A stretch of DNA of 64,000 bases from Bacillota bacterium (GCA_012518325.1 JAAYSR010000234.1:3011-67010), one strand, 5' to 3'; shown: positions 1 through 8,740, numbered from the stretch's first letter. Notes: a model not told the origin generated them from the sequence alone. Numbers and translations are program-made.

Positions 1-20
1 CTCATCAAGACACAAAAAAA

Positions 21-48
21 TAAGCAGCCGCAAGGCTGCTTCACTTTT
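21..48. terminator. Bidirectional rho-independent terminator: stem AAGCAGCC / GGCTGCTT with a 4-nt loop, flanked by an A-tract and CACTTTTT
   Basis: A perfect 8-bp inverted repeat at 22-41. The T-run lies downstream on the plus strand and the A-run upstream, so on the minus strand the same stem is followed by ATTTTTTT. It closes the minus-strand tRNA cluster. Confidence 0.6.
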
Positions 49-54
49 TCTAAA

Positions 55-132
55 TGGGGTGAGTAACCGGATTCGAACCGGCGACCTCCAGGGCCACAAC
101 CTGGCGCTCTAACCAGCTGAGCTATACCCACC
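55..132 (-). tRNA. tRNA-His (anticodon GTG), with genomically encoded G-1 and 3' CCA
   Basis: The reverse complement reads GGTGGGTATAGCTCAGCTGGTTAGAGCGCCAGGTTGTGGCCCTGG...GGTTCGAATCCGGTTACTCACCCCA. A cloverleaf can be drawn, and the anticodon loop contains GTG. The extra 5' G pairs with discriminator C73, as is typical of tRNA-His. Confidence 0.85.
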
Positions 133-140
133 ATGATGTA

Positions 141-216
141 TGGCGCGCCTGGCAGGAATCGAACCTGCGGCACTCGGATTAGAAGTCCGATGCACTATCC
201 CCTGAGCTACAGGCGC
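141..216 (-). tRNA. tRNA-Arg (anticodon TCT)
   Basis: The reverse complement reads GCGCCTGTAGCTCAGGGGATAGTGCATCGGACTTCTAATCCGAG...GCAGGTTCGATTCCTGCCAGGCGCGCCA. The acceptor stem is GCGCCTG/CAGGCGC, the TpsiC loop is TTCGATT, and the anticodon loop is CTTCTAA. Confidence 0.85.
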
Positions 217-231
217 CTGAAAAGGCAGAAA

Positions 232-305
232 TGGAGCGGGTGATGAGAATCGAACTCACATAGCCGGCTTGGAAGGCCGGTGCTCTACCATTGAGCTACA
301 CCCGC
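232..305 (-). tRNA. tRNA-Gly (anticodon TCC)
   Basis: The reverse complement reads GCGGGTGTAGCTCAATGGTAGAGCACCGGCCTTCCAAGCCGGCTATGTGAGTTCGATTCTCATCACCCGCTCCA. The acceptor stem is GCGGGTG/CACCCGC, the discriminator is T, and CCA is encoded. Confidence 0.85.
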
Positions 306-313
306 AAGATCAT

Positions 314-390
314 GGTCGGGGCGAGAGGATTTGAACCTCCGGCCTCCTGCTCCCAAGGCAGGCGCGCTAGCCAAACTGCGCCACGCCCCG
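314..390 (-). tRNA. tRNA-Pro (anticodon TGG)
   Basis: The reverse complement reads CGGGGCGTGGCGCAGTTTGGCTAGCGCGCCTGCCTTGGGAGCAGGAGGCCGGAGGTTCAAATCCTCTCGCCCCGACCA. The acceptor stem is CGGGGCG/CGCCCCG and the anticodon loop is CTTGGGA. Confidence 0.85.
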
Positions 391-429
391 ACTGACAATG
401 TCAATATTACCACAGGTAGCCGATCTGTG

Positions 430-1044
430 TCAACTGCTTTTCTCAGCTTCCAGCCCCATAATTACCTTCAGCATGCCCTGCATGGCGCGGAATCGATGGC
501 TGATGCTGTTTTTTTCAGCAGAACTGAGCTCCGCAAAGGTAAGCCCCAGCTCCGGGACAAAGAACAAAGGATCATACCCGAAACCGCTGTTGCCTCTAGG
601 TTCAAAGAGGATAACACCCCGACAGATCCCTTCAGAAAACTCTACCTGACCATCCGGTGCGGCTAACGCCATCACACAGCGAAACTGCGCACCGCGCTGC
701 TCTATGGGGCAGTCCGCCAACTTCTCCAAAAGCAGTTCGTTATTTCGCCTATCCGAGGCCGGTTCACCTGCAAAACGGGCAGAATGAACGCCTGGCGCCC
801 CGCCAAGGGCGTCCACCTCTAACCCAGAGTCATCGGCTAGGACATACTCTCCACACAGCCTGGCAATCTCCACTGCCTTTTTGCGGGCATTATCCTGGAA
901 AGTGTCACCGTCTTCCACCACGGGAGGATAGTCCCCTACTTCAGACAGGCTCACCACTTCCAGGTCAAGCTGTGAGACAAGCTCCTTGATTTCCTTGATT
1001 TTATGTGCGTTGTGGCTGGCCACAATAATGCGTCTTGTCGCCAT
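430..1044 (-). CDS. rdgB: Non-canonical purine NTP pyrophosphatase (dITP/XTP pyrophosphatase, Ham1/RdgB family)
   Basis: 204 aa. The N-terminus IVASHNAHKIKE and the FGYDPLF motif are typical of the Maf/Ham1 family. The ATG start sits directly after the rph stop, so the two genes are tightly coupled. Confidence 0.9.
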   Translation of the reverse strand: MATRRIIVASHNAHKIKEIKELVSQLDLEVVSLSEVGDYPPVVEDGDTFQDNARKKAVEIARLCGEYVLADDSGLEVDALGGAPGVHSARFAGEPASDRRNNELLLEKLADCPIEQRGAQFRCVMALAAPDGQVEFSEGICRGVILFEPRGNSGFGYDPLFFVPELGLTFAELSSAEKNSISHRFRAMQGMLKVIMGLEAEKSS

Positions 1045-1782
1045 CTACTTACCACCAAACTTCTTTGCCAAATCTTCCATGAGCAAAGCCTGCTGTTTCT
1101 CAAACAGCTCTGAGATACCCTTTTCGGCCAGATCCATCAGCTGTCCCATCTGTTCACGGGAAAACGGCTGCCCTTCGGCTGTGCCCTGCACCTCGACAAT
1201 CTGTCCGCTTTGGGTCATCACCACATTAAAGTCAACCTCGGCTGCAAAGTCTTCTTCATAATTCAGGTCTAAGACAGGCTGGCCGTTGACAATCCCTACA
1301 CTGACCGCGGCCAGGTATTCCTTGACACCTGGGTTGCCCTCAATGGTGCGCAGGGCATCGACCAGCGCAATAAAAGCTCCGGTAATGGATGCGGTCCGTG
1401 TCCCCCCGTCGGCTTGGATCACATCGCAGTCGATCCAGATCGTACGCTCGCCTAAAGCCTTCAGGTCAACAACGGAACGCAGCGAACGCCCGATCAGGCG
1501 CTGAATCTCATGGGTGCGGCCGCCAATCCTGCCCCTGGATGACTCCCTTGGGTTGCGTACAGCTGTGGCCCGAGGCAGCATAGAATACTCCCCAGTGACC
1601 CATCCTTCACCCATGCCCCGCAAAAAGGGCGGTACTTTGTCTTCAACAGTGGCGGTGCAAATCACCTGGGTATGTCCAATCTCAATTAGAACCGAGCCTT
1701 CCGCGTACATATTCACATTCCGCGTTATCTTCACTGGCCGCAGCTCATCACAGGCACGTCCGTCTGGCCGTGTGTATTCCAT
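1045..1782 (-). CDS. rph: Ribonuclease PH
   Basis: 245 aa. The protein begins [44 protein letters not shown] and contains [15 protein letters not shown]. It is classic RNase PH. The RBS GGAGGAGG lies upstream of the ATG. Confidence 0.93.
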   Translation of the reverse strand: MEYTRPDGRACDELRPVKITRNVNMYAEGSVLIEIGHTQVICTATVEDKVPPFLRGMGEGWVTGEYSMLPRATAVRNPRESSRGRIGGRTHEIQRLIGRSLRSVVDLKALGERTIWIDCDVIQADGGTRTASITGAFIALVDALRTIEGNPGVKEYLAAVSVGIVNGQPVLDLNYEEDFAAEVDFNVVMTQSGQIVEVQGTAEGQPFSREQMGQLMDLAEKGISELFEKQQALLMEDLAKKFGGK

Positions 1783-2343
1783 TTATTTGTCCTCCTCCAC
1801 GCCAAAGTTGCGATACTTGGCAACCCCTTGTTCATAAAGATTGTTTCCCAAACTGTCAATAGCTACAATCGCAGGAAAGTCTTCGACTACCATGCGGTGC
1901 ACAGCCTCTGCGCCCAAATCAGGGTAAGCGACAACCTGGACTTCCTTGATGCTTTGGGCAATATACGCGGCAGCTCCGCCCACCGCTGCAAAATAGACTG
2001 CACCGTGTTCTTGCATTGCCTCGATTACCTCTTGGCTGCGGCCGCCCTTGCCGATCATCCCCTTGACACCCTGCGCCAACAGGGGAACGGTCAAGCTGTC
2101 CATGCGCGTGGAGGTAGTTGGGCCCGCAGAACCGATTGGCTCACCGGGCTTGGGCGGCGTTGGCCCAACGTAGTAAATAATTGCTCCCTTCGGGTCAAAC
2201 GGCAGAGGTTCACCGGCCTCGATCAGTTTGACCAGCCGCTGATGTGCAGCATCACGTGCGGTATAAATGACACCGCTAATCAGCACCTCATCGCCGGCCC
2301 GAAGCGACCTGGCATCCTCAAGGGGGGCTGTTACACGAATCAT
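1783..2343 (-). CDS. Class I fumarate hydratase / L(+)-tartrate dehydratase beta-type subunit (Fe-S hydro-lyase C-terminal catalytic domain). No alpha subunit gene is adjacent
   Basis: The ORF-track product is 227 aa. The likely true start is MIRVTAPLEDA at 2343, giving 187 aa, because GGAGGAG sits 5 nt upstream of it. Fumerase_C-like stretches include GAIIYYVGPTP, GKGGRS and AVYFAAVGGAAAY. The gene is wedged between the murD-like stop (1-nt gap) and the rph start. Confidence 0.75.
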   Translation of the reverse strand: MIRVTAPLEDARSLRAGDEVLISGVIYTARDAAHQRLVKLIEAGEPLPFDPKGAIIYYVGPTPPKPGEPIGSAGPTTSTRMDSLTVPLLAQGVKGMIGKGGRSQEVIEAMQEHGAVYFAAVGGAAAYIAQSIKEVQVVAYPDLGAEAVHRMVVEDFPAIVAIDSLGNNLYEQGVAKYRNFGVEEDK

Positions 2344-2344
2344 C

Positions 2345-3733
2345 TTAATCTCCTCCTGCACTCTCTGATTGTAATTTGGCCACCAGAGCCCGGAAATGTT
2401 CGCCCCTGGCCATGAAATTGGCATATTGATCAAAGCTTGCGCTGGCAGGCGACAGGAGCACCACATCTCCCGGCTCTGCCAACTCCTTTGCTAAAGGCAC
2501 CGCCGCTTCTAAGTCTTCGACTTCGTGCAGGGAAACGCCTCCCGCATCAAGGACCGCCCTACGAATTTTTGGTGCTGTGGCGCCCAGCAGGATCAAGTGC
2601 CTTACTCCAGAATGGACAGCACAGCCCAATTTGTCAAAGGAAAGCTGCTTGTCGGATCCGCCGGCAATCAGTATTGGCGGCTTGGCAAAGGATCGCAGTG
2701 CAGCTATGGTCCTGTCTGGAGTTGTGGCTATAGAATCATTGTAGTACTTTACCCCGTCAACTTCAGCTACCAGCTCCAAACGATGGGGCACACCGGTAAA
2801 GGTCCGACCAACCTGCCTGATTGCCTCTAAGCCGGCGCCGGCGACGTGACTGAGGAGAGCCGCTGCCAGGAAGTTGGCCACATTATGTTCCCCGGGAAGG
2901 AGCAGCTCTGTCCTTCTGGCAAAGAACTGCTCACCTGCGCCATCAGACAAGACCAGGTCATCACCGGACAAATAGGCTCCGGGCTTCACCCTTTCCTTAA
3001 GGCTGAAAAAGAAGACTCTGCCCGGAGCCTCGTCTGCCATCGCCCGTGTGACTGGGTCATCATAATTAAGAACCAAAAAATCGCTGTCCTTTTGATAACG
3101 ATAGATGTTCTGCTTGGCGCTGACGTAGTTTTCCATGGTATGATGAACATCCAGGTGATTTTCGGCGATATTGGTAATTACCGCGCCGTGGGGACTTTTC
3201 CTCAGATCTTCCAGCTGAAAGCTGGACAGTTCCAACAGAACATGATCCTCCGGTCTGAACCGGTCAAGTTCGCCAATGAGAGGCTCACCGATGTTCCCCC
3301 CTACATAAGTGGACATCCCGCCCGCCTTGAACATTTCCCCTGCCAGGCTGGTGGTGGTTGTTTTACCGCTGCTGCCCGTGACGGCAAAAACAGGTGCCCG
3401 GCTGTAGTGAAACAGCAAACCGATTTCGCTTACCAGGCAGCCCCTTTCCCTCACTGCCTGAAGCTCTGGAAGGTCCTTGGGCACCCCCGGACTGACGGCC
3501 ACCGCATCATAATCCTCTAAACCATTCAGGTAATCTGAACCTAAGACCAGATCGATTCCCAGGGACTGCAGCTCTTGAAATCTGTCCCCCAGCTCAGAAC
3601 TTGACTTGCGATCTCTCCCGCTCAGCTGCGCCCCGGCTTCCTTTAGGACTTTAATAAGTGCAATGTTGCTGATCCCGAGGCCGATTACCGCAACTCGCTT
3701 TCCAGACCACTCTTCTGACAATCTCCTGTACAT
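2345..3733 (-). CDS. murD: UDP-N-acetylmuramoylalanine--D-glutamate ligase (MurD family Mur ligase)
   Basis: Mur ligase motifs are present. They include VTGSSGKTTTTSLAGEMF (P-loop), DAVAVSPGVP, HNVANFLAAALL and GVPHRLELV. The true start is probably MYRRLSEEWSGKRVAVIGLG at 3733. That ATG overlaps the murI stop as TAATG, which indicates translational coupling. Confidence 0.85.
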   Translation of the reverse strand: MYRRLSEEWSGKRVAVIGLGISNIALIKVLKEAGAQLSGRDRKSSSELGDRFQELQSLGIDLVLGSDYLNGLEDYDAVAVSPGVPKDLPELQAVRERGCLVSEIGLLFHYSRAPVFAVTGSSGKTTTTSLAGEMFKAGGMSTYVGGNIGEPLIGELDRFRPEDHVLLELSSFQLEDLRKSPHGAVITNIAENHLDVHHTMENYVSAKQNIYRYQKDSDFLVLNYDDPVTRAMADEAPGRVFFFSLKERVKPGAYLSGDDLVLSDGAGEQFFARRTELLLPGEHNVANFLAAALLSHVAGAGLEAIRQVGRTFTGVPHRLELVAEVDGVKYYNDSIATTPDRTIAALRSFAKPPILIAGGSDKQLSFDKLGCAVHSGVRHLILLGATAPKIRRAVLDAGGVSLHEVEDLEAAVPLAKELAEPGDVVLLSPASASFDQYANFMARGEHFRALVAKLQSESAGGD

Positions 3734-4593
3734 TAGACTTTCTCTCCCGACATATGATAAAAGCCCACCGCTGGCAGTTCCTCCTTGAGCAACAGCTCGG
3801 CGGTGGTTTTGAACGTCTGCGGATCGCCGCTGACCCAAAACTGTGTATCGCAACTTGCAGCTTTCCCCAGCTGATCAGCCTGCCAGGCTGGGAACATCTC
3901 CCCCACCTGCACTGCCAAAGCAGGGGCCGGGTCAACGATGCGCACCGCTGGACCCGCCAGCTCTGCAATGGACTCCCGCAGGAAGGGATAATGGGTGCAG
4001 CCGAGCAAGAGGGTGTCTATATTCTCAGCCAGGAGAGGATCAATGTATTCTTTCAGTGCCTGCCTGGTGAGATCAGAGTTTATCTCCCCTGCTTCAACCA
4101 AGGGCACCAGTTTTGGTGCGCTTTGGACAAATACTTTCGTATCGGGCGCAGCCTCAGCAAAAGCCCTTTGATACGCCCCGCTTTCTGCAGTTGCCCGGGT
4201 GGCCAGCACTCCCACGCGTCCGTCGCTTACCTCAAGCACGGCATCGACCGCCCTTTCAATAATGCCAAACACAGGGATATCCACCTTACCTGCCACCCGC
4301 GGCACCACAAGGGCGCTGGAAGTATTGCATGCCACCACAACAGCCTGACACCCTTTAGTCAGGAAAAACCCGACAATCTCCCAAAAGTACCCTTCCAGCT
4401 GGGCCTGGGTTTTCTCTCCATACGGAACATGAGATGTATCACCAAAATACAGGAGCCGTGCCTTGGTAGATCGCCGAAGCTCACGCCAGACAGACAGCCC
4501 CCCTAAACCAGAGTCGTAAATTCCAATTGCCAATACAATTCCCCCAGGAGGTGTGTTCTCACCATCATATGTGAGAACTACCCAAAATCTCAT
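3733..4593 (-). CDS. murI: Glutamate racemase
   Basis: Glutamate racemase signatures are present. They include IGIYDSGLGGLSV, YFGDTSHVPYG, VVACNTSSA and LLGCTHYPF. An alternative TTG start near 4533 is preceded by GGGGGA and would avoid overlapping gerM. Confidence 0.88.
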   Translation of the reverse strand: MRFWVVLTYDGENTPPGGIVLAIGIYDSGLGGLSVWRELRRSTKARLLYFGDTSHVPYGEKTQAQLEGYFWEIVGFFLTKGCQAVVVACNTSSALVVPRVAGKVDIPVFGIIERAVDAVLEVSDGRVGVLATRATAESGAYQRAFAEAAPDTKVFVQSAPKLVPLVEAGEINSDLTRQALKEYIDPLLAENIDTLLLGCTHYPFLRESIAELAGPAVRIVDPAPALAVQVGEMFPAWQADQLGKAASCDTQFWVSGDPQTFKTTAELLLKEELPAVGFYHMSGEKV

Positions 4594-5101
4594 AGTCCTT
4601 CTCCAGGGGCTCAGTTAGGTCTAAGTGACCTGCCAGGGTGGAAACCATTCTGTTTTCCACCAGGATCTGCACCCGCCGAACCCCCTGGGCCCCAACTAAA
4701 GTGTTGACTATGCCATATACTGTAAAGATCTCTCCTGTACTTCCCCCCGGATGATTGGTTACGAGATGGTGACTGAAATTGAGATACAGCACATCGCCGC
4801 GCTGACTGTAGCTCAGCAGCCGGACACCTTCAGGCAGAATCGGAAACAAGCCTGGCAGGCGCGGGCCCGCCAAGAGGCTCTCCAAACGCTCTTCAATCGT
4901 CCCTGCACCTTGGCGAAACTCGGGCACCAGGTAAAGGCTCCCGGGAGATGCGAAGTACACCGCATAAAAAGGCTTGCTGACATCAACGGATACCTCTATT
5001 ATCCCATTTTCCTCACTGAGTACATACAGCACAGTACGCACCGCAAACAGCAAGAGCAAGAATACAACTGCCATGGCTGCACTGCGCTTCCATCTCATCA
5101 C
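4565..5101 (-). CDS. gerM: GerM-like (GerMN domain) sporulation/germination lipoprotein
   Basis: 178 aa with an N-terminal signal/TM segment (AVVFLLLLFAVRTV). The composition is GerMN-like, with LAGP, GLFPILPEG and YLNFS. GerM sits beside rph in Bacillus subtilis, which supports the call by synteny. Confidence 0.7.
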   Translation of the reverse strand: MMRWKRSAAMAVVFLLLLFAVRTVLYVLSEENGIIEVSVDVSKPFYAVYFASPGSLYLVPEFRQGAGTIEERLESLLAGPRLPGLFPILPEGVRLLSYSQRGDVLYLNFSHHLVTNHPGGSTGEIFTVYGIVNTLVGAQGVRRVQILVENRMVSTLAGHLDLTEPLEKDYEILGSSHI

Positions 5102-5110
5102 CGTCGCCCC

Positions 5111-6913
5111 CTACTGTCTGAACTCCAGATAAAAGCGCCTGATCCCGTTGTAAATGCCTTGAGCAGCAACCCTTTGAAATCCCGGTGCCAACAGCAGTAT
5201 CTCTTCATCGGGGTGATCCAAAAACCCAACCTCCACCATAATCGCAGGCATCCGCGTCTGATTGAACACCGCAAGATCATCCCGGCCCCAGATGCGCCTG
5301 TTCACCAGCGTAATGGCTTGCACAAGCTCTTCCTGGACCGCCCGGGCCAAAAGTTCAGATGCAGGGTCATTTGCCCTGTACAAAGTCTCGGTGCCTCTGG
5401 CAGTGCCCCTCTTGATATGGGAATTTGCATGTATGGAGACGAACATGTCTGCTTTGGCTTCGGTGGCAATGGCCGGACGCTCAAAAATCGACACATATAC
5501 ATCGCTGTCTCTAGTATACACAACTCTTGCCCCCGCCTGTTCCAGCAATTCACCCAAGTACATGCCAATGGCCAGGTTAACATCCTTTTCAAAAGTACCC
5601 TGGTGTCCAATAGTACCTGGATCCGACCCTCCATGCCCAGGGTCAACCACGACTGTCAATCCTGCCAGTTCACCGTCGACGACGGTATCTTCCGCCAAGT
5701 CAGTGTCGGCCTGGCCCTGCAAGCCGGCCAGGTAGGCGTGGGCCTCGCTGGCTGTTCCGAGAAAGAGCGGCAGTATAAACTCACCTTCGCCGATTTGCTC
5801 CAGGAGAAGGGGAGCAACCGGCTCTGTCACCTGCAGAACAACCCTCGTCACCGCCGGAGTGTGCTGGCTGACCCGGAAGCGCTCAACCCGCCCCTGATTG
5901 ACAGGTCTGTCAAAGGAGCTGATCATCAGCGTGGTCTCTTGCAGATCCAGCACCAGGCGGAGTGGGTTCTCCAGGTAGACTGCCTCAACTACAGGGGCTG
6001 CGGAAGCCTGAAAGTAAAGGCAAAACTCTGCACCGTCCTCCCGCAGCTCGATGGATGTCAGCTGAAAGTTGAACTCAATCTCCAGTCCTCCCTCCGGCCA
6101 GGGGTTCACCCGGTAACCGGTTGAGCCCTTCAAATCACAGACTATGCGCATCGTCTGCTCATCAAAACGGGAGCTGCGGATGGAAGATACTACAGGATCG
6201 CCCTTCACTTCAACCGCAGGCAGAGCGTCGCCGCCTACGCCATACAAGTCAATGACCAGGCGATCCGGCTCCGTTAACAGATAGGCCTGATATCCAGTAT
6301 ATGAATTCAGATCAAGAAAAACCCTCGACCTGGGTCCGCCCATAAAAATGATGTCCTTAAGGTCTTGCTCTTCTTCAGGATGATGGATAACAATGGGTTC
6401 AGTCTGGTCCGATTCATCTGGTTCCGGTTCTGCCGTTCTGAGGCTCAGGGGCTCCCGAATCAGGCTGGATGTGAAGGAGCGTTCCATGAGTCTGCTCTCC
6501 CTGGGAGGTTCCAGGCGCAAACCCATGATGTCCTGATCAAAGACCAGACTCAAGCCTAGCCGATTGGCAATGAAACGGATCGGTACCACAATCTCCCCAT
6601 CCATCAGCTGGGGGGCAACTTCCAGTTTGTAGGATTTGCCCTCCACTTGTGCACTTTCATTCTCCAGCTGCATAAGAATAGTCTGATCCGAAAACACCAA
6701 CTCAATGTCCGGTTCAGCTATGTTAACCTCGGCTCCTAGGTGATCGGCAAAGACGCTCACAGGAATCATGAAGTTGCCGTTAATCATAACCAGGGAATGT
6801 TTCAGCTCTACCTCATCAGGCCCTACAAAAAGTCTCAGGGCGGCGTTCGATTGACTTGGGCAAATCATGGTAATTAGGAAAATAAAAAAAAGTATAAGGG
6901 CAACCCGCTTCAT
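5111..6913 (-). CDS. Large secreted multidomain N-acetylmuramoyl-L-alanine amidase (stalk/AMIN-like repeats plus a C-terminal Amidase_3 catalytic domain)
   Basis: The ORF in the track is 655 aa. The likely true start is MKRVALILFFIFLITMICPSQSNA at 6913 (RBS GGAGGTAAG), which is a signal peptide. The C-terminal domain has VVVDPGHGGSDPGTIGHQGTFEKDVNLAIGMYL and VSIHANS, which are the Amidase_3 zinc ligands. The N-terminal region resembles the copper-amine-oxidase-like stalk domains common in clostridial wall proteins. Confidence 0.8.
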   Translation of the reverse strand: MKRVALILFFIFLITMICPSQSNAALRLFVGPDEVELKHSLVMINGNFMIPVSVFADHLGAEVNIAEPDIELVFSDQTILMQLENESAQVEGKSYKLEVAPQLMDGEIVVPIRFIANRLGLSLVFDQDIMGLRLEPPRESRLMERSFTSSLIREPLSLRTAEPEPDESDQTEPIVIHHPEEEQDLKDIIFMGGPRSRVFLDLNSYTGYQAYLLTEPDRLVIDLYGVGGDALPAVEVKGDPVVSSIRSSRFDEQTMRIVCDLKGSTGYRVNPWPEGGLEIEFNFQLTSIELREDGAEFCLYFQASAAPVVEAVYLENPLRLVLDLQETTLMISSFDRPVNQGRVERFRVSQHTPAVTRVVLQVTEPVAPLLLEQIGEGEFILPLFLGTASEAHAYLAGLQGQADTDLAEDTVVDGELAGLTVVVDPGHGGSDPGTIGHQGTFEKDVNLAIGMYLGELLEQAGARVVYTRDSDVYVSIFERPAIATEAKADMFVSIHANSHIKRGTARGTETLYRANDPASELLARAVQEELVQAITLVNRRIWGRDDLAVFNQTRMPAIMVEVGFLDHPDEEILLLAPGFQRVAAQGIYNGIRRFYLEFRQ

Positions 6914-6973
6914 AATCTTACCTCCGGCTGTAATTACTACCATCATTTCTCCCTCGAAAGGAGGAATCCTCTT

Positions 6974-7789
6974 ATGTTTTCGCAGTTTTGGATTCGCCTG
7001 GGAAGGTTTGCCTTGCTTCTGCTTGCGGCCTATGTGCTTACGGCCTACGTTGCTGTAGTCACTATTATACTTCGACAAGAGCTCGACATTCTCGACGCCG
7101 GCAGAGCAATCTCTGCATTCAGTTCAGCAGAAGGCTCGAGCACTGTGGAAGGACAGATCCGCAACGTCTTCGGCGACCCCGTCCCCTTCGGGGTCATTAT
7201 CATAGGTGATCATTTGGTCCAGGCAGACAGCCTTGGCTTTTTTCGCGTCACACACCTCAAACCGGGCCGCCACACTCTGGAGGTATTTGCCGGAGACTAC
7301 GCGCGGTACGCACGGGAAATCCAGGTAGAAGAAGGAATCAACCAGCCCACCATAAAATATGAAACCGGGCTCTGGCCCCAAGTCTTTCTGGCAGACTTCC
7401 ATGTGTATTATAAGGAGTACAATGAAATTTTCGGGTTGATTGGGTTCGCCAACGGAACTGACAGGCCGGTCTTTATTCACAAGGCTTCTCTCTTGAATTC
7501 CCAAGGCGGAGTAATAGCAGATATACTCCATGATCTAGGCGGCTTCACTTATTTCGCAGATCTCTCCAATCGCCTGGAAATAGTGGATGCGCCCCAAAAA
7601 GCACTGAAATGGGGTCCCCGCATGGTGCAGGGCGGCGAGTTCATCCCGGTCAAGGGGCACTTCCCGCCTGGACTCTACAGCCTCGAAGTTCATTATGCCT
7701 TCCAGGAAGGGCACAGCCTCGGCCAGTACCAGGTCTTGACCGTAACGGACCATCTGGACCTGGACAGCGACTGGCCCCACATCCCTTAG
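6974..7789 (+). CDS. Hypothetical membrane-anchored protein with a carboxypeptidase-regulatory-like beta-sandwich segment
   Basis: 271 aa. It has an N-terminal TM helix ([22 protein letters not shown]) and the stretch [20 protein letters not shown]...[16 protein letters not shown], which looks like CarboxypepD_reg. AAGGAGG lies 7 nt upstream of the ATG. The gene is divergent from the amidase-gerM genes. Confidence 0.55.
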   Translation: MFSQFWIRLGRFALLLLAAYVLTAYVAVVTIILRQELDILDAGRAISAFSSAEGSSTVEGQIRNVFGDPVPFGVIIIGDHLVQADSLGFFRVTHLKPGRHTLEVFAGDYARYAREIQVEEGINQPTIKYETGLWPQVFLADFHVYYKEYNEIFGLIGFANGTDRPVFIHKASLLNSQGGVIADILHDLGGFTYFADLSNRLEIVDAPQKALKWGPRMVQGGEFIPVKGHFPPGLYSLEVHYAFQEGHSLGQYQVLTVTDHLDLDSDWPHIP

Positions 7790-7826
7790 TCACAAGGCAC
7801 ATCTTCCTTACGAGGGCCAACTCTGT

Positions 7827-7832
7827 TATAAT
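7827..7832 (+). promoter_or_regulatory. Candidate -10 element (TATAAT) upstream of smpB
   Basis: A TATAAT hexamer lies 20 nt upstream of the smpB RBS. I did not find a convincing -35. Confidence 0.3.
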
Positions 7833-7851
7833 ACATCCAAAGGAGTTGATT

Positions 7852-8310
7852 GTGGTGTCTCAGATCAAAGTTATTGCCGAAAATCGCAGAGCCCGCCATG
7901 ACTATTTTATTGAAGATACTTATGAGGCAGGCATCGCACTGCAGGGTACTGAGGTAAAATCACTCCGTTTAGGGAAAGTCAACCTCCGGGACAGTTTTGC
8001 CCGAGTTGAAAATGGAGAAGTGTTTCTCTACGGCATGCACATCAGCCCGTATGAACAAGGCAACCGCTTCAACCATGACCCCACTCGGCCCCGGAAACTG
8101 CTTCTGCACAAGCGGGAGATTCGCCGACTGATAGGCAAGACTCGGGAAGAAGGCTATACCCTGGTCCCAACCCGCCTTTACTTCCTGAGAGGTAGATGCA
8201 AGGTTGAGCTGGCGCTGGCAAAAGGGAAAAAGCTCTACGATAAGCGTGAGACCTCCGCAAAGAGAGACGCACAGCGAAGGGCACAGCAGGCCCTTGGCCG
8301 GGATCGCTAG
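7852..8310 (+). CDS. smpB: SsrA-binding protein SmpB
   Basis: The ORF-track frame starts at 7609, but the SmpB homology begins at [41 protein letters not shown] at 7852 sits 6 nt after AGGAG, giving a protein of about 152 aa. The C-terminal basic tail [13 protein letters not shown] is typical of SmpB. Confidence 0.9.
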   Translation: MVSQIKVIAENRRARHDYFIEDTYEAGIALQGTEVKSLRLGKVNLRDSFARVENGEVFLYGMHISPYEQGNRFNHDPTRPRKLLLHKREIRRLIGKTREEGYTLVPTRLYFLRGRCKVELALAKGKKLYDKRETSAKRDAQRRAQQALGRDR

Positions 8311-8321
8311 GGGGATCTGCC

Positions 8322-8350
8322 TTGACAGCTGAGCAGGTTTTTGATATTCT
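8322..8350 (+). promoter_or_regulatory. Probable ssrA promoter: TTGACA, a 17-nt spacer, then an extended -10 TGATATTCT
   Basis: TTGACA is at 8322-8327 and TGnTATTCT at 8342-8350, about 12 nt upstream of the mature tmRNA 5' end. Confidence 0.45.
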
Positions 8351-8361
8351 GTAGATACCTT

Positions 8362-8710
8362 GGGGGTGAATTAGTTTCGACGTGGGTAGGGAGAGCACCA
8401 GAAGCGAGCCGAGGACCCCAATGCCTCGTTAAAAGTGGGAAAGCAATAACTGCAAACAACAATTACGCCTTAGCTGCTTAGTTCAGCTAACGTCCCTTGT
8501 TTCTTTGTCTGTAGGAAATAAGAGTGACGTCAAATTACAGACTACCCTTTGAGCAGCGCCCGGAGCTGAAAGGGGAAATTTACGGGCTGGTTTGTCCTTT
8601 AGCTGGCCACAAAGTAGAAGGATGAACGAGAACTAGATTTGTGGCTGCGCTCGGAGATGCTGGTGTAATTTCACTTGCGGACAGCGGTGCAACTCCGCTC
8701 ACCTCCACCA
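8362..8710 (+). ncRNA. ssrA: tmRNA (transfer-messenger RNA, SsrA)
   Basis: The 5' end GGGGGTGAATTAGTTTCGACG and the 3' end GGTGCAACTCCGCTCACCTCCACCA can form the tRNA-Ala-like acceptor and T arm. An internal tag reading frame GCA AAC AAC AAT TAC GCC TTA GCT GCT TAG at 8452-8481 encodes ANNNYALAA followed by a stop. The gene lies immediately downstream of smpB. Confidence 0.88.
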
Positions 8711-8740
8711 AAACATAATTTGAAAATGAAGTGAACAATG

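Noticed and set aside
2345-3853. N-terminally extended MurD (the 502-aa ORF that includes MRYTVLGQRRSADVQNHRRAV...)
   Set aside because: The extension would overlap murI by 120 nt and is not Mur-ligase-like. The internal ATG at 3733 gives a canonical MurD N-terminus and the TAATG coupling.
4751-6124. 457-aa plus-strand ORF
   Set aside because: It lies entirely antisense to the well-supported amidase gene and has no motifs. Long antisense ORFs are expected by chance in GC-rich coding sequence.
7124-7531. 135-aa minus-strand ORF inside the hypothetical gene at 6974-7789
   Set aside because: It is antisense and overlapping, has no RBS and no recognisable domain, so it is probably spurious.
8069-8398. 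109-aa minus-strand ORF spanning the smpB 3' end and the ssrA 5' end
   Set aside because: It overlaps the tmRNA gene and smpB, so it is an artefact of ORF calling over a structured RNA.
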